Origin: Dehalococcoidia bacterium
Lineage (GTDB): Bacteria > Chloroflexota > Dehalococcoidia > GIF9 > AB-539-J10
Assembly: GCA_030611085.1 (NCBI GenBank)
Contig: JAUWQI010000004.1
Location: 1,731-65,730, forward strand
Length of the DNA: 64,000 nt
Reading direction: 5' to 3'
Both the position numbers and the translations under genes were made by a program. Under the pieces are notes generated by a model, which was given only the letters and a program-made list of their open reading frames with translations, did not search any database and was not told the DNA's origin. This document shows, in pieces, positions 43,453-53,770 of this stretch (the stretch's first letter is position 1; each line of letters opens with the position of its first letter).

Positions 43453-45000
43453 GTGGAAACTTATGAGGGGGATACTATAAAAATGGCAACTTTTGATTTA
43501 AACGAAATAAAGTCGCAAGCAAAGAGCAATTTTACCGAGGCTTGGAGAGCAACGGCAAAGCTTATCCCAACAGGCACTAAAATCAGTCTGGAGGGAAAAG
43601 GCAAACCCCATCTTGTGCGGGAATTGGTGCAAAAATCTCGTGAAATATTGCTAAATCTAGGTTTCGATGAGGTGGAAAATCCTACAATCTTACCCGACAG
43701 CGATGTTGTTAAGCAGTATGGTCCTGAAGCGCGAGTTATTCTTGACAGGGTTTTTTATCTAGCGGAGTTACCCCGTCCTGAAATAGGGCTGAGCGCGAAA
43801 AGAATAGCTCAGGTAAAGAAGATAGCGGGGGAAATCGACATTGAAAAACTACAGTCTGTTTTAAGAAGCTACAAAAAAGGGGAAATTGAGGCAGATAACC
43901 TTATTGAGGAGCTCATGGCTAGGCTGAGCATCACTGATTACCAGGCTACAGAGCTTTTGAACCAGGCTTTCCCCGAACTTTACAAGCTTCGCCCCTTGCC
44001 TTCTGATAAGACTCTAAGAAGCCACATGACAGCTACCTGGTTCCACACTTTAGCAGCATTGCAGGATAAATCTGGCTTTCCCCTCGCCTTATTCTCCGTG
44101 GGACCTCGGTATCGCAATGAGCAGAGAGAGGATGCCCAACATCTACGAGTCCATCACTCAGCCTCAATCGTTATAATGGATCCTGAGGTGTCATTGGACG
44201 CAGGAAGGGAAATAACAGAAGGAATCCTAAAGCAGTATGGCTTTTCCGATATTAAATTTGAGACGAAGACAGCGACATCTAAATATTATGCTCCAGGGCA
44301 AGAGCAAGAGATATTCATTAAGCATAAAGGGAATTGGCTCGAAGTTGCCGATATTGGAATGTATTCTCCGATAGCCTTAGCAAACTTTGATATTAAGTAT
44401 CCGGTATTTAACGCTGGTTTTGGGGTTGAACGACTAGCTATGCTTCTCTATGAGCTAGATGATGTTAGAAAAGTAGCATATCCCCAGTTTTCCATAGCTG
44501 ACTATTCTGATGAAGAAATAGCCAAATCTATTACCTGCATAGTAAGTCCTAAAACCACGAAAGGAAAGAAAGTAGCCAGGGCAATCGAGGAAACTGCTCG
44601 AAAGTATAAAGACGAGATTGCGCCCTGTGAATTTCTAGCCTGGGAAGATAACTTTATTCAAGTGAAAGTTACAGAGAAGGAAGCAGGCAAGAGGCTAATC
44701 GGGCCCGCAGGGTTTAACGAGATTTGTGTCGCTAATGGCGCTATTTATAGTGATATTGCGCCTTCAGGGGCATATACCGGGATAAACTACATGCGTGCCA
44801 TTGCCGTAGGAGCAGCAGCTTCAATCGAAAGCAGCAAAGATAACCTAAGCTATCAGGTGAAAATGATAAAGCATCTCTCGGACCTCAATTTACAAATTCC
44901 GGAGGCTATTCGGGAGCATATAGAAGGGCAGCAAAAAAAGATTGGGGTTAGTGGTGCTGTATTTGTGACTATAGAGGCAGAACCAGTAAAAGGGTGCTAA
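43453..45000 (+). CDS. sepS: O-phosphoserine--tRNA(Cys) ligase (SepRS)
   Basis: Long colinear similarity to methanogen SepRS: QYGPEARVILDRVFYLAELPRPEIGLS, TLRSHMTATWF, HHSASIVIMD, SKYYAPGQEQE, GMYSPIALANF, GFGVERLAM, VAYPQF. The start is GTG 43453 or ATG 43483. Confidence 0.85.
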   Translation: METYEGDTIKMATFDLNEIKSQAKSNFTEAWRATAKLIPTGTKISLEGKGKPHLVRELVQKSREILLNLGFDEVENPTILPDSDVVKQYGPEARVILDRVFYLAELPRPEIGLSAKRIAQVKKIAGEIDIEKLQSVLRSYKKGEIEADNLIEELMARLSITDYQATELLNQAFPELYKLRPLPSDKTLRSHMTATWFHTLAALQDKSGFPLALFSVGPRYRNEQREDAQHLRVHHSASIVIMDPEVSLDAGREITEGILKQYGFSDIKFETKTATSKYYAPGQEQEIFIKHKGNWLEVADIGMYSPIALANFDIKYPVFNAGFGVERLAMLLYELDDVRKVAYPQFSIADYSDEEIAKSITCIVSPKTTKGKKVARAIEETARKYKDEIAPCEFLAWEDNFIQVKVTEKEAGKRLIGPAGFNEICVANGAIYSDIAPSGAYTGINYMRAIAVGAAASIESSKDNLSYQVKMIKHLSDLNLQIPEAIREHIEGQQKKIGVSGAVFVTIEAEPVKGC

Positions 45001-45009
45001 CTCTCCTTT

Positions 45010-45037
45010 GTCACCCTAAGCGAAGCGAAGGGTCTAG
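45010..45037. repeat. Family-B single unit
   Basis: gtcaccctaagcgaagcgaagggtctag, immediately after the sepS stop. Confidence 0.75.
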
Positions 45038-45162
45038 AAACAGAGGAGCAATATTAAATAATTCAACTTTAGTTGTGCCAAAGGCACAATCAAAATTGAA
45101 GCTGAAACCAAAATTGAAGAGCCGCGTTTTAAGCAGGGGGCGAACCATCGCAAGGGGGAAAC

Positions 45163-46305
45163 ATGGCGAAACAAGCAGAAAGTAAATCATTACAAAAGCT
45201 CGCTAACTTGCGCAGGCAACATAAGAGCTTTATAAATATTATGCCCCTACAGACAGGAGGCATGCTTACCGAGGCTGCCCAAAAAGCTTTAGTGGAATTT
45301 GGAGATGGTTATTCCGTATGCGATTTCTGCCTTGGCAGCTTGTGCAATATAACAAATCCTCCTGTTAGGGAGTTTGCGCATGAGCTTTTACCGGAGTTCT
45401 TGGGCTGCGAAGTTGCTACTTTAACCTATGGGGCAAGGGATGGCATATTTATGATAATGCACTCTCTGGCAAAGCCAGGAGGTTCAATTATTGTTGATGG
45501 TAACAGACATTACACCACGGTTGTTGCTGCTGAAAGAGTGGGATTGAATGTAATCGGAGTGCCTTCTTCGGGATATCCAGAGTTCAAGGTTGATGTTAAC
45601 GACTATGTATCACTTATAAAAAAACACAATCCTAAATTGATTCTATTAACCTATCCCGATGGCAATTATGGCAATATTTCCGATGCCAGAAGACTAGGGG
45701 AAATTGCCCAGGAATATGACATTCCCTATATTGTTAATGGAGCATATGCCGTGGGCCGGATGCCGGTAAATATGGAGGGGTTGGGAGCGGATTTCATTGT
45801 TGGTAGTGGGCACAAAAGCATGGCCTCTGCTGGACCTTGCGGGGTGTTGGGAATGAAAAGGAAATGGGAAGAAATCGTGCTGAGGAAATCCGAGGCATAC
45901 GGCAATAAAGAGCTTGAATCGCTGGGTTGCACCTTGCGGGGAACTCCCCTGGTAACACTTATGGCTTCCTTTCCTTATGTGAAAGAAAGAGTTAATCACT
46001 GGGATGAGCAAGTATCAAAGGCACAATGGTTTTCCCGCGAGCTGGAAAAATTGAGCTTTAAGCAATTAGGAGAAACACCACACCAACATGACCTGCTACA
46101 CTTTGAGACTCCGGCGCTCTATGATATTTCCAAGCATGTTCGGGAGCGGGGATACTTTCTCTACAAGGAGCTGAAAGAAAGAGGCATTTGGGGACCGCAG
46201 CCAGGCCTGACGAAAGCTTTTAAACTTTCCACCTTTGCCGCTACCAAAGAACAGCTACAATTTGTCATAGATTCCTTTAAAGCCATCCTGAATAAATATG
46301 GATAG
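45163..46305 (+). CDS. pscS: Sep-tRNA:Cys-tRNA synthase (SepCysS), PLP-dependent
   Basis: 380 aa. IVGSGHKSMASAGPCGVLG (PLP-Lys plus the Cys-containing loop), fold-type I aminotransferase layout. Adjacent to sepS. Confidence 0.8.
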   Translation: MAKQAESKSLQKLANLRRQHKSFINIMPLQTGGMLTEAAQKALVEFGDGYSVCDFCLGSLCNITNPPVREFAHELLPEFLGCEVATLTYGARDGIFMIMHSLAKPGGSIIVDGNRHYTTVVAAERVGLNVIGVPSSGYPEFKVDVNDYVSLIKKHNPKLILLTYPDGNYGNISDARRLGEIAQEYDIPYIVNGAYAVGRMPVNMEGLGADFIVGSGHKSMASAGPCGVLGMKRKWEEIVLRKSEAYGNKELESLGCTLRGTPLVTLMASFPYVKERVNHWDEQVSKAQWFSRELEKLSFKQLGETPHQHDLLHFETPALYDISKHVRERGYFLYKELKERGIWGPQPGLTKAFKLSTFAATKEQLQFVIDSFKAILNKYG

Positions 46306-46346
46306 CTTGTCTTGTGGGTTAGCTTCAAGGCACCTTGTTTTCGATT

Positions 46347-46372
46347 GTAGTTGCCTGATTTATCAGGCAATA
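46347..46372. repeat. Family-A half element (second hairpin only)
   Basis: gtagttgcctgatttatcaggcaata, between the convergent pscS and rimI-like genes. Confidence 0.7.
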
Positions 46373-46373
46373 G

Positions 46374-47000
46374 CTAGAATAGTCGCGTAGAAACCTCATT
46401 GTGTCTTTGTGCATGGGCCATCTTTAACTGCTGGAAATGTGACTGAAATGAAGCGGAGGCGATATCATCCGTGCACATAAGTATAGCATCTTCACCATCA
46501 TTGGAGTAATACCTGAGGCGTCTCCCCACCGTTTGAAACCCGTACTTTTCATAAAGCGCCTGAGCCATTTTATTGGAAGCACGTACTTCTAAAGTGACTG
46601 CGGTAGCATCTAACTGTGTAGCTAGTCCAATGATTGAGATGAGCAATCCCTCGCCTATACCAATTCGGCGGTAATTATTTCTTACAGCAATAGTGGTGAT
46701 ATGCGCATCTTTTAACATTAACCAGAAACCAGCAAAACCAATGATATATTCTGTTTTAGGTTTCCCCTTATTGGGGGAGTGATTGGGACTAAAAAGCCGT
46801 TTGAACAAGGGTAGTTGTTGCACACCTTGTCGGTTTAGTTCTGTAGAAGCTACTATGTAGCGAGCTATTGGATTGTTGAAGTCTTGTTTATACGAGGGAT
46901 GAGACCGGAATACCCACTCACCAGGGAAAGCCTCATGGTCTATTTCAGCTACCTGAGGGATATCCTTATTTTTTATAGGGCGAATGATATAATCCGCCAT
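46374..47000 (-). CDS. GNAT N-acetyltransferase, RimI-like
   Basis: IRPIKNKDIPQVAEIDHEAF...AVRNNYRRIGIGEGLL...LEVRASNKMAQALYEKYGF. Confidence 0.6.
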   Translation of the reverse strand: MADYIIRPIKNKDIPQVAEIDHEAFPGEWVFRSHPSYKQDFNNPIARYIVASTELNRQGVQQLPLFKRLFSPNHSPNKGKPKTEYIIGFAGFWLMLKDAHITTIAVRNNYRRIGIGEGLLISIIGLATQLDATAVTLEVRASNKMAQALYEKYGFQTVGRRLRYYSNDGEDAILMCTDDIASASFQSHFQQLKMAHAQRHNEVSTRLF

Positions 47001-47136
47001 TGTTTATTTTACCACCTTCACCTTAGTTCCTTTGCTTCACTAGAGAGAGATAGATTCATTACTTGGAATTTTAGCATAGCAGTTGATGGTAAATCATGCT
47101 ATCTTAAAGTTACCTTGTTATAATGAAGTTTTAAGC

Positions 47137-48078
47137 ATGAAAAATATACTAGACCTCCATGTTCAACTAGCTCCCCGCCACTATAAAGGATTAATTCTGG
47201 CTAATCCAGTGATGGCGGCTGCTGGCACGGTTGGTTACGGCGTGGAGTATAGTAAAATTGTTGACATACAGAAATTAGGCGCTATTGTTTGTAAAGGGAT
47301 TACCCTTATGCCACGGAGTGGTAATCCTCAACCGCGGCTGATGGAAACTGCCAGTGGCTTGCTTAATTCTGTTGGTCTGGAAAATATCGGTATTGCTGCC
47401 CTGCTCGAGGATAAAGCGCCTATATGGGCAAATTGGCAGGTTCCAGTCATAGTTAATGTTGCTGGAGAAACAATAGATGAATATATTGCTGTGGCGAGTA
47501 AATTAGAAGGCATACCAGGGATAAGTGGTATTGAGCTAAATATTAGTTGTCCCAATATCTCAACTAATAGTATGGAGTTTGGCGCAAATCCGAGACTCGC
47601 GGCTAAATTGACTTCAGCGGTTAAAGCGGTAACCAGCTTGCCAATCATAGTTAAGCTGAGTCCTAATGTAACTGATATTAAAGAAATCGCCCTGGCAGTG
47701 GAGGAGGCTGGAGCCGATGCTTTAACTTTGATTAATACGGTGAAAGGAATGGCAATCGATATAGCTAAAGGGAAGCCTTGCTTGGGGAATACTACTGGTG
47801 GGCTTTCTGGTCCTGCTATCAAACCTATAGCACTCTACATGGTGTATGAGGTAGCGAAGGTTGCCCATATTCCATTGATAGGTTGTGGTGGTATTGCTTG
47901 TGCCACAGATGCGCTGGAGTTTATTATGGCTGGAGCTAGTGCAATACAAGTTGGCACAGCTAATCTAACTAACCCTCATAGTAGCCTTGTTATATTGGAA
48001 GGGATAGCAGATTTCATGAAGAATAAAGGAATTACGAATTTAACTGAGTTAGTTGGCGTGGCTCAGGATAACTCCTGA
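47137..48078 (+). CDS. pyrD: dihydroorotate dehydrogenase catalytic subunit (class 1)
   Basis: NPVMAAAGT, LNISCPN (catalytic Cys), GGLSGPAIKP and GCGGI. Start at MKNILDLHV. Confidence 0.85.
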   Translation: MKNILDLHVQLAPRHYKGLILANPVMAAAGTVGYGVEYSKIVDIQKLGAIVCKGITLMPRSGNPQPRLMETASGLLNSVGLENIGIAALLEDKAPIWANWQVPVIVNVAGETIDEYIAVASKLEGIPGISGIELNISCPNISTNSMEFGANPRLAAKLTSAVKAVTSLPIIVKLSPNVTDIKEIALAVEEAGADALTLINTVKGMAIDIAKGKPCLGNTTGGLSGPAIKPIALYMVYEVAKVAHIPLIGCGGIACATDALEFIMAGASAIQVGTANLTNPHSSLVILEGIADFMKNKGITNLTELVGVAQDNS

Positions 48079-48125
48079 CAGATTTTTATTTAGCAGTTAA
48101 TTCCTTTCAGATAAAGCTTGCAATG

Positions 48126-49670
48126 TCATTTTGAGCTATATTTTTCTTGTAATAGCCTTCTCAATACCTTGCCTGTAGGCGACCTCGGTAAGCTACCCAC
48201 CACTATCACGGAGCTCGGCACAGCGTAACTTGGCAAATTTTGCTGGCAAAGTTGTGTCACTTCCTCTGATGTTAGACTCTTTCCCTCCTTGACGACTATA
48301 GCAGCTATTGGCACTTCACCCTGTTCATTATCAGGTACGCCGAATACCGATGCTTCTAATATAGAAGGATGATGGTAAATCACTTCTTCCACTTCCACAG
48401 GGTAGATAGTTTTGCCTCCACTGGTGATAACATCTTTTTTCCTTCCGATATGGTAAATATAGCCTTCCTCATCCATAGTGGCTAAATCCCCGGTATACAC
48501 ATAGCCATCACGAAAAACCTCCTTGGTAATCTGTGGCAACTTCCAATATCCCGTCATTGTGTTGTCCCCTCTAACTATAACCTCCCCCGTTTCTCCAGGA
48601 GCTATATCTCTGCCATAATCATCAACAATCCTCACTTCAGTATCGATTGCCTCACGACCACAAGAAGTTAACCTCTTCACCTTTTGAGGAGGTCCCTCTA
48701 ATACCATCTCCACAGCAGGCAAAATAGATACAGGCGTTGCCTCCACAAGCCCGTAAACTTGGTTAAATACTTTACCGAAGGCAGCAACAGCTCGTTTCAG
48801 AACTTCCAATGGCAAGGGGGCACCACCAAACCAAACACAGTTTAGGCCACGAGTGTTGTATTTATTCAGATGAGGGTAATCAAGGAGAGAAATAATCTGC
48901 GCCGGCGTCACAAAAGTGGCTGTTACTCTCTCCTTCTCCATAACTTCCAGAGCAGTTTGAGCATCGAATTCCTTTAAGATAACAAGGCTAGAGCCAACAT
49001 AAAAATAGGGGAAAATATTAAGGATAAGAGGAGCCATCCAGAACAAAGGGACCGCTATAAGAGTAACATCAGTATGTTTTATGCCCCCCGTAATAACATA
49101 GTTCAGGGTGATTGCTATGATGCTTCTATGTGTATGCATAACCCCCTTGGGCAAACCTGTAGTGCCACTGGTGTATAGTAAATAAGCTAAGTCCTCTTCT
49201 TTAATTTCCAAATTTGGCTCATTGGAAGGATGTTGGGAGACAAATTCTTCATAATTTATCAGGCCTTCGCTACTAGCACCGACGATAATAAAATTCTTTA
49301 TCCGGCTTAAACCAGGTCTTATAGAATCAACCAAAGATAGGTAATTATCTCCAAAAACTAATGTATTAGCTTCGGCATCATTCATAAGATAACTTAGATC
49401 CTGACCGCTTAGCATGTGATTGAGGGGAACCAGAACTAATCCGCCTTTCGCTGCAGCACAGTACAACTCCACAAATTGAGGGCAATTATCCAGCAATACG
49501 GCTACCCTATCGCCTTTGTTCAACCCCAAAGCTATTAAGCCATTTACTAGACTGTTTACTCTATTATTAAACTCCTCAAAGGTATATCTACTATCCCCGA
49601 AAATTAAAGCTGCTTTCTTAGGATATCTCTTAGCATTCCTCTTTATTATGTCTCCTATAACCATTAGCAT
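48126..49670 (-). CDS. AMP-dependent acyl-CoA synthetase/ligase
   Basis: LLYTSGTTGLPKGVMHTH, YTGDLA and SPTGKVLRR. Confidence 0.8.
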   Translation of the reverse strand: MLMVIGDIIKRNAKRYPKKAALIFGDSRYTFEEFNNRVNSLVNGLIALGLNKGDRVAVLLDNCPQFVELYCAAAKGGLVLVPLNHMLSGQDLSYLMNDAEANTLVFGDNYLSLVDSIRPGLSRIKNFIIVGASSEGLINYEEFVSQHPSNEPNLEIKEEDLAYLLYTSGTTGLPKGVMHTHRSIIAITLNYVITGGIKHTDVTLIAVPLFWMAPLILNIFPYFYVGSSLVILKEFDAQTALEVMEKERVTATFVTPAQIISLLDYPHLNKYNTRGLNCVWFGGAPLPLEVLKRAVAAFGKVFNQVYGLVEATPVSILPAVEMVLEGPPQKVKRLTSCGREAIDTEVRIVDDYGRDIAPGETGEVIVRGDNTMTGYWKLPQITKEVFRDGYVYTGDLATMDEEGYIYHIGRKKDVITSGGKTIYPVEVEEVIYHHPSILEASVFGVPDNEQGEVPIAAIVVKEGKSLTSEEVTQLCQQNLPSYAVPSSVIVVGSLPRSPTGKVLRRLLQEKYSSK

Positions 49671-49732
49671 TCCTCCTTCATCATGTCTCCTATAACCAGG
49701 GCCAAACTTTGACTTTAGATTTTACCATAGGC

Positions 49733-50164
49733 TTATATTCCACTTTTACCTTCAGCCTCTTTTGTTCCGGTTAACTCCTTCTGGATAAAGCTCACAATGT
49801 CGCTTGTTGAACTGCCTGGACCAAAGACAGCTTTTACGCCCATTTGTTGTAAAGCTGGAATATCATCCTCAGGAATTATACCACCGGCGATAACCAGAGT
49901 ATCACCCTTTCCTTTTTTTCTTAAGTTATCCATAATCAGAGGGAAGAGCTCTAAGTGAGCCCCGGACAGGATGCTCAGCCCGACAACATCCACATCTTCC
50001 TGGATGGCTACCTCAGTAAGCATTTCTGGAGTTTGTCGGATGCCAGTATAAATCACCTCCATGCCAGCGTCTCGTAGAGCCCTGGCTACAACTTTGGCAC
50101 CCCGGTCATGCCCATCCAATCCCGGTTTAGCTACAAGAATGCGAATTCTGCCTTCCTTCGACAT
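49733..50164 (-). CDS. methylmalonyl-CoA mutase, B12-binding subunit
   Basis: [23 protein letters not shown] (DxHxxG) and GGIIPEDD. Confidence 0.85.
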   Translation of the reverse strand: MSKEGRIRILVAKPGLDGHDRGAKVVARALRDAGMEVIYTGIRQTPEMLTEVAIQEDVDVVGLSILSGAHLELFPLIMDNLRKKGKGDTLVIAGGIIPEDDIPALQQMGVKAVFGPGSSTSDIVSFIQKELTGTKEAEGKSGI

Positions 50165-50183
50165 ATTTCAGCTTCCCACCTGC

Positions 50184-50582
50184 TTAATCCATCTGGCAAA
50201 GCTCGAGAAGTACGCCCCTGGTTGATTTAGGATGGACAAAAGCAATCATACCTTCTAAGCCGCGGCGTGCCTTTTTATCAATCAACTCCACGCCTTTGCT
50301 GGCTAGTAAATCAAGTGCTTGGTCAACATCGTCTACCTCAAGGGATATATGGTGTAAACCTTCACCTCTCTTCTCCAAAGCTTTGGCCATAGCACTTCCA
50401 GGAAGTGGCTCCAATATTTCGAGTTTGGTAGTACCACCCATGTCAACAAGCACTGATTTCACTCCTTGTTCGGTCACAGTTTCAACTTTACCAGGCTTGG
50501 CATTAAATAAATTCTGGTAAAGCTGTAAAGTCTCATCTAAATTCCTGACCAGAATTGCTACATGACTAACTCCTTTGACCAT
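50184..50582 (-). CDS. mce: methylmalonyl-CoA epimerase (VOC family)
   Basis: 132 aa. VSHVAILVRNLDE...GEGLHHISLEVDD...IAFVHPKST. Confidence 0.8.
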   Translation of the reverse strand: MVKGVSHVAILVRNLDETLQLYQNLFNAKPGKVETVTEQGVKSVLVDMGGTTKLEILEPLPGSAMAKALEKRGEGLHHISLEVDDVDQALDLLASKGVELIDKKARRGLEGMIAFVHPKSTRGVLLELCQMD

Positions 50583-50597
50583 GATTTAACCTCCCTT

Positions 50598-52256
50598 TTA
50601 AAAAGCTAAAAATTCCTTTTGAGTGCCGAAAACTTTGCGGAGCACATCACACATCTCGCCTAAAGTGGCATAAGCCTCTACACATTCAAGGAAGGCAGGC
50701 ATAGTATTATCTTTGCCCCGAGCTACATCCTCCAGGCGCTTAAGGGTCTGCTTCACCTTATCGTTATCCCTTCCATTCTTAATCTGAACCAGCTTTTTCT
50801 TTTGGTTTATTTCTACCTCTGGGCCCACTCTTGACAAGGTTATTTTAGGGGAAGGCGAGATAAATTTATTAACCCCGACTACAACACGCTTACCGCTTTC
50901 AATTTCTTGCTGGTAATGGTAAGAGGCTTCCTGAATTTCCCTTTGCTGATAGCCCTGCTCGATAGCAGCGGCAGCGCCACCAAGATTGTCAATTTTAGCA
51001 ATATATTTGCTGGCCTCTTCCTCTAGTTTATTGGTGAGGAATTCGGTGTAGTAGGAACCGCCAAGGGGATCGGCGACATCAGCAACATTGCTTTCGTAGG
51101 CCAGGATTTGCTGGAGGCGTAGCGATTGTCGGACTGCATCTTCGGTAGGAATACAATGTCCTTCGTCGTAGCAAGAGATTGCCAGAGACTGCACACCCCC
51201 CAACACTGCGGCTAGTGCTTGAACTGTAGCTCTAACGATGTTATTCATAGGTTGTTGACTAGTAAGCGTCACGCCTCCAGTTTGGACATGAGTGCGGAAC
51301 ATCCAGGAGCGAGGATTCTTAGCATCAAATCTTTCCTTCATTATCTTTGCCCAGAGACGCCGCAATGCTCTTAGCTTGGCTACTTCTTCAAAGAAATTGT
51401 TATGAGTTTGAAAAATCCAGGATATTCTTGGGGCAAAGGAATCTACATCTAGTCCCGTATCAATAATTGCCTGGACGTACTCAATGGCATCAGCTAAAGT
51501 GAAGCCAATTTCCTGAGCTGCAGTAGAACCTGCCTCTCTTATGTGATAGCCCGCAATGTTAATGTAATTCCAGCGAGGAAGATATTTGCTGCAGTATGCT
51601 GCCGTATCAGCGATTAAGCGTATGGAGGGCTTGGGCGGGAAAATATAGGTACCCCGAGCAATATATTCTTTTAGAACATCATTTTGAGTAGTGCCATCCA
51701 GTTTAGCTGACTCTATTCCTTGTTTTTTAGCTACTGCGATATACATAGCGAGGATAGGGGCACATGGAGCGTTTATGGTCATTGAAGTGCTAATCTTGTC
51801 TAAAGGAATACCCTCGAATATAGTCTCCATATCTTGGAGGCTGTCTACAGCGACACCAACTTTGCCCACTTCGCCTCTGGCTAAAAGGTGGTCCGAATCA
51901 TAACCAATTTGTGTAGGTAAGTCGAAGGCTACACTTAAGCCAGTTTGCCCTTGCTCTAAGAGGTAGTGGTAGCGTTGGTTAGTTTCCTCAGCAGAGCCAA
52001 AACCAGCATATTGGCGCATCGTCCATACCCTGCCCCGATACATATCAGGTTGGACGCCTCGAGTAAAGGGATACTCACCGGGATAGCCCAAATCTCTGAG
52101 GTAATCAAAGTCTGCGGAATCTTCAGGAGTATAAACGGTGTCAACTTCTATATTTGAAGTTGTTTCAAATTTATCCTGTCGCTCGGGAAAACGCTTTAAT
52201 GCCGAAGCCAATGTGGTTTCACGCCATTCTTGCTTACTTTTGCTCGCCATGGTCAC
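50598..52256 (-). CDS. methylmalonyl-CoA mutase, large catalytic subunit
   Basis: GEYPFTRG, RQYAGFG, GLSVAFDLPTQIGYDSD and FRTHVQTGG. Confidence 0.9.
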   Translation of the reverse strand: MTMASKSKQEWRETTLASALKRFPERQDKFETTSNIEVDTVYTPEDSADFDYLRDLGYPGEYPFTRGVQPDMYRGRVWTMRQYAGFGSAEETNQRYHYLLEQGQTGLSVAFDLPTQIGYDSDHLLARGEVGKVGVAVDSLQDMETIFEGIPLDKISTSMTINAPCAPILAMYIAVAKKQGIESAKLDGTTQNDVLKEYIARGTYIFPPKPSIRLIADTAAYCSKYLPRWNYINIAGYHIREAGSTAAQEIGFTLADAIEYVQAIIDTGLDVDSFAPRISWIFQTHNNFFEEVAKLRALRRLWAKIMKERFDAKNPRSWMFRTHVQTGGVTLTSQQPMNNIVRATVQALAAVLGGVQSLAISCYDEGHCIPTEDAVRQSLRLQQILAYESNVADVADPLGGSYYTEFLTNKLEEEASKYIAKIDNLGGAAAAIEQGYQQREIQEASYHYQQEIESGKRVVVGVNKFISPSPKITLSRVGPEVEINQKKKLVQIKNGRDNDKVKQTLKRLEDVARGKDNTMPAFLECVEAYATLGEMCDVLRKVFGTQKEFLAF

Positions 52257-52396
52257 CCCCGTAGTAAATTACTAGCATTAGTAAATCATTCTAGCATAAG
52301 CTTAATAGAAGTTAAATCACTTATTGCTCAGGCTGTTTAGTTTATTATCCTGAGCACTCCGAGATTGCTTCTTAAAGTCAAAGTGATAAGGCTTGC

Positions 52397-52987
52397 TTAA
52401 CCCTGAATTAACTTCTGGCCTGCAAGGAAGGCTTCCCTTAATGCTGTGGGGTGCTTGTTGATAGCTCCCTTCGCCTCTATTCCCGAAAAGAGCAACTCCC
52501 CAGCATAGCTTATATCTAATGTAGCAAACCAGCTTTTTACTGTGGCTATGGCAGGCCCAAATAAATCAGAGAGCTTTGCGCCGCCTGCAGAAATAAACAG
52601 CCCTTTACGCTCTCCGTGAGAATTGGCGGTGCTGGGAAGATTAAGGACATATTTTGTTACCCACAGTGCTTGACAGCGGTCTATCATAGCTTTTGTTTGC
52701 GCTGTTACACCCATAAAGAAAATAGGGGAGGCGAGAATCAGGTAATCTGCCTCCCTTAGCTCTTGATATAGCCATTGCATGTCATCTTCTATGGCACACT
52801 TGCCTGAGGGCAAGCATTTATCGCAATGGCGACAAGGAGCTATGTCGTGTTCATCAAGAACGACTATCCTTGTTTCAGCCCCTTGTCCGCCAGCACCAAG
52901 CATCGCCGGCTGTAGAAGCAGGTCGGTATTACCGCCGCGTCGAGGACTGCCAGCGATGCCCAAAACCCTGAGCCTCGAAGCTGCCAT
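52397..52987 (-). CDS. iron-sulfur flavoprotein (Isf-like NADPH-dependent FMN reductase fold)
   Basis: GSPRRGGNT flavodoxin-like P-loop. Compact cluster motif CRHCDKCLPSGKC (CX2CX2CX5C). Confidence 0.7.
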   Translation of the reverse strand: MAASRLRVLGIAGSPRRGGNTDLLLQPAMLGAGGQGAETRIVVLDEHDIAPCRHCDKCLPSGKCAIEDDMQWLYQELREADYLILASPIFFMGVTAQTKAMIDRCQALWVTKYVLNLPSTANSHGERKGLFISAGGAKLSDLFGPAIATVKSWFATLDISYAGELLFSGIEAKGAINKHPTALREAFLAGQKLIQG

Positions 52988-53008
52988 ACTGTCTAATGGC
53001 GCTTAAGC

Positions 53009-53770
53009 TTATTTCTTATCAGGATTAGCTCGGCTCAAAAAGGGTGTCACCATATCTATGGGCAAGGGAAATATTATGGTATTGGTTTTTTCTGTGGCAA
53101 TACCAGTCAATGCCTGTAGATAACGAAGTTGCAGGGCTGCAGGTTGAGCAGAAATGATTCGAGCAGCTTCAGTCAATTTTTCTGCTGCCTGATATTCACC
53201 CTCAGCATGAACAACCTTAGCACGCCTTTCTCGCTCAGCTTCAGCTTGGGCTGCCATAGCTCGCTTCATTGTATCTGGCAATTCTACATCCTTAACCTCC
53301 ACCATGCTTACCTTTATCCCCCAGGGATTTGTGCCTTCATCAACAACTATTTGTATCTTCTCATTAAGTCTATCCCGATGTGCCAATAACTCATCCAGTT
53401 CAGATTGCCCCACGATATTTCGCAGAGTAGTCTGGGCAAGCAGCGAAGTTGCCTTTATATAATCGAGCACTTTAAGAATAGAATCTTCGGCAGCAACTAC
53501 ACGAAAATAAATTACAGCATCAACTGTAACGGTAACATTGTCCATGGTCATGCATTCTTGCTGTGGCACATCCATGGTGATTACACGAAGGTCGATCTTC
53601 CTCATACGCTCAACAAATGGTATAAGAAAGACAAGTCCTGGTCCTCTAAGACCAACCCATCTACCGAGGCGGAAAACACCTCCTCTTTCATACTCTTGAA
53701 CGATTTTGATAGCATTTGCCAAGAGTATTATTACTGCTACGGCGATAATGATGTAGATTAATGAGCTCAT
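53009..53770 (-). CDS. SPFH/band-7 (stomatin-like) protein
   Basis: VQEYERGGVFRLGR...RVITMDVPQQE...ERERRAKV. Confidence 0.85.
   Translation of the reverse strand: MSSLIYIIIAVAVIILLANAIKIVQEYERGGVFRLGRWVGLRGPGLVFLIPFVERMRKIDLRVITMDVPQQECMTMDNVTVTVDAVIYFRVVAAEDSILKVLDYIKATSLLAQTTLRNIVGQSELDELLAHRDRLNEKIQIVVDEGTNPWGIKVSMVEVKDVELPDTMKRAMAAQAEAERERRAKVVHAEGEYQAAEKLTEAARIISAQPAALQLRYLQALTGIATEKTNTIIFPLPIDMVTPFLSRANPDKK

Noticed and set aside
52324-52357. The hairpin tgctcagg-N16-cctgagca as a terminator of the Isf-like gene.
   Set aside because: The 8-bp stem is real, but no U-run follows it in the minus-strand transcript direction, so I did not call a terminator.
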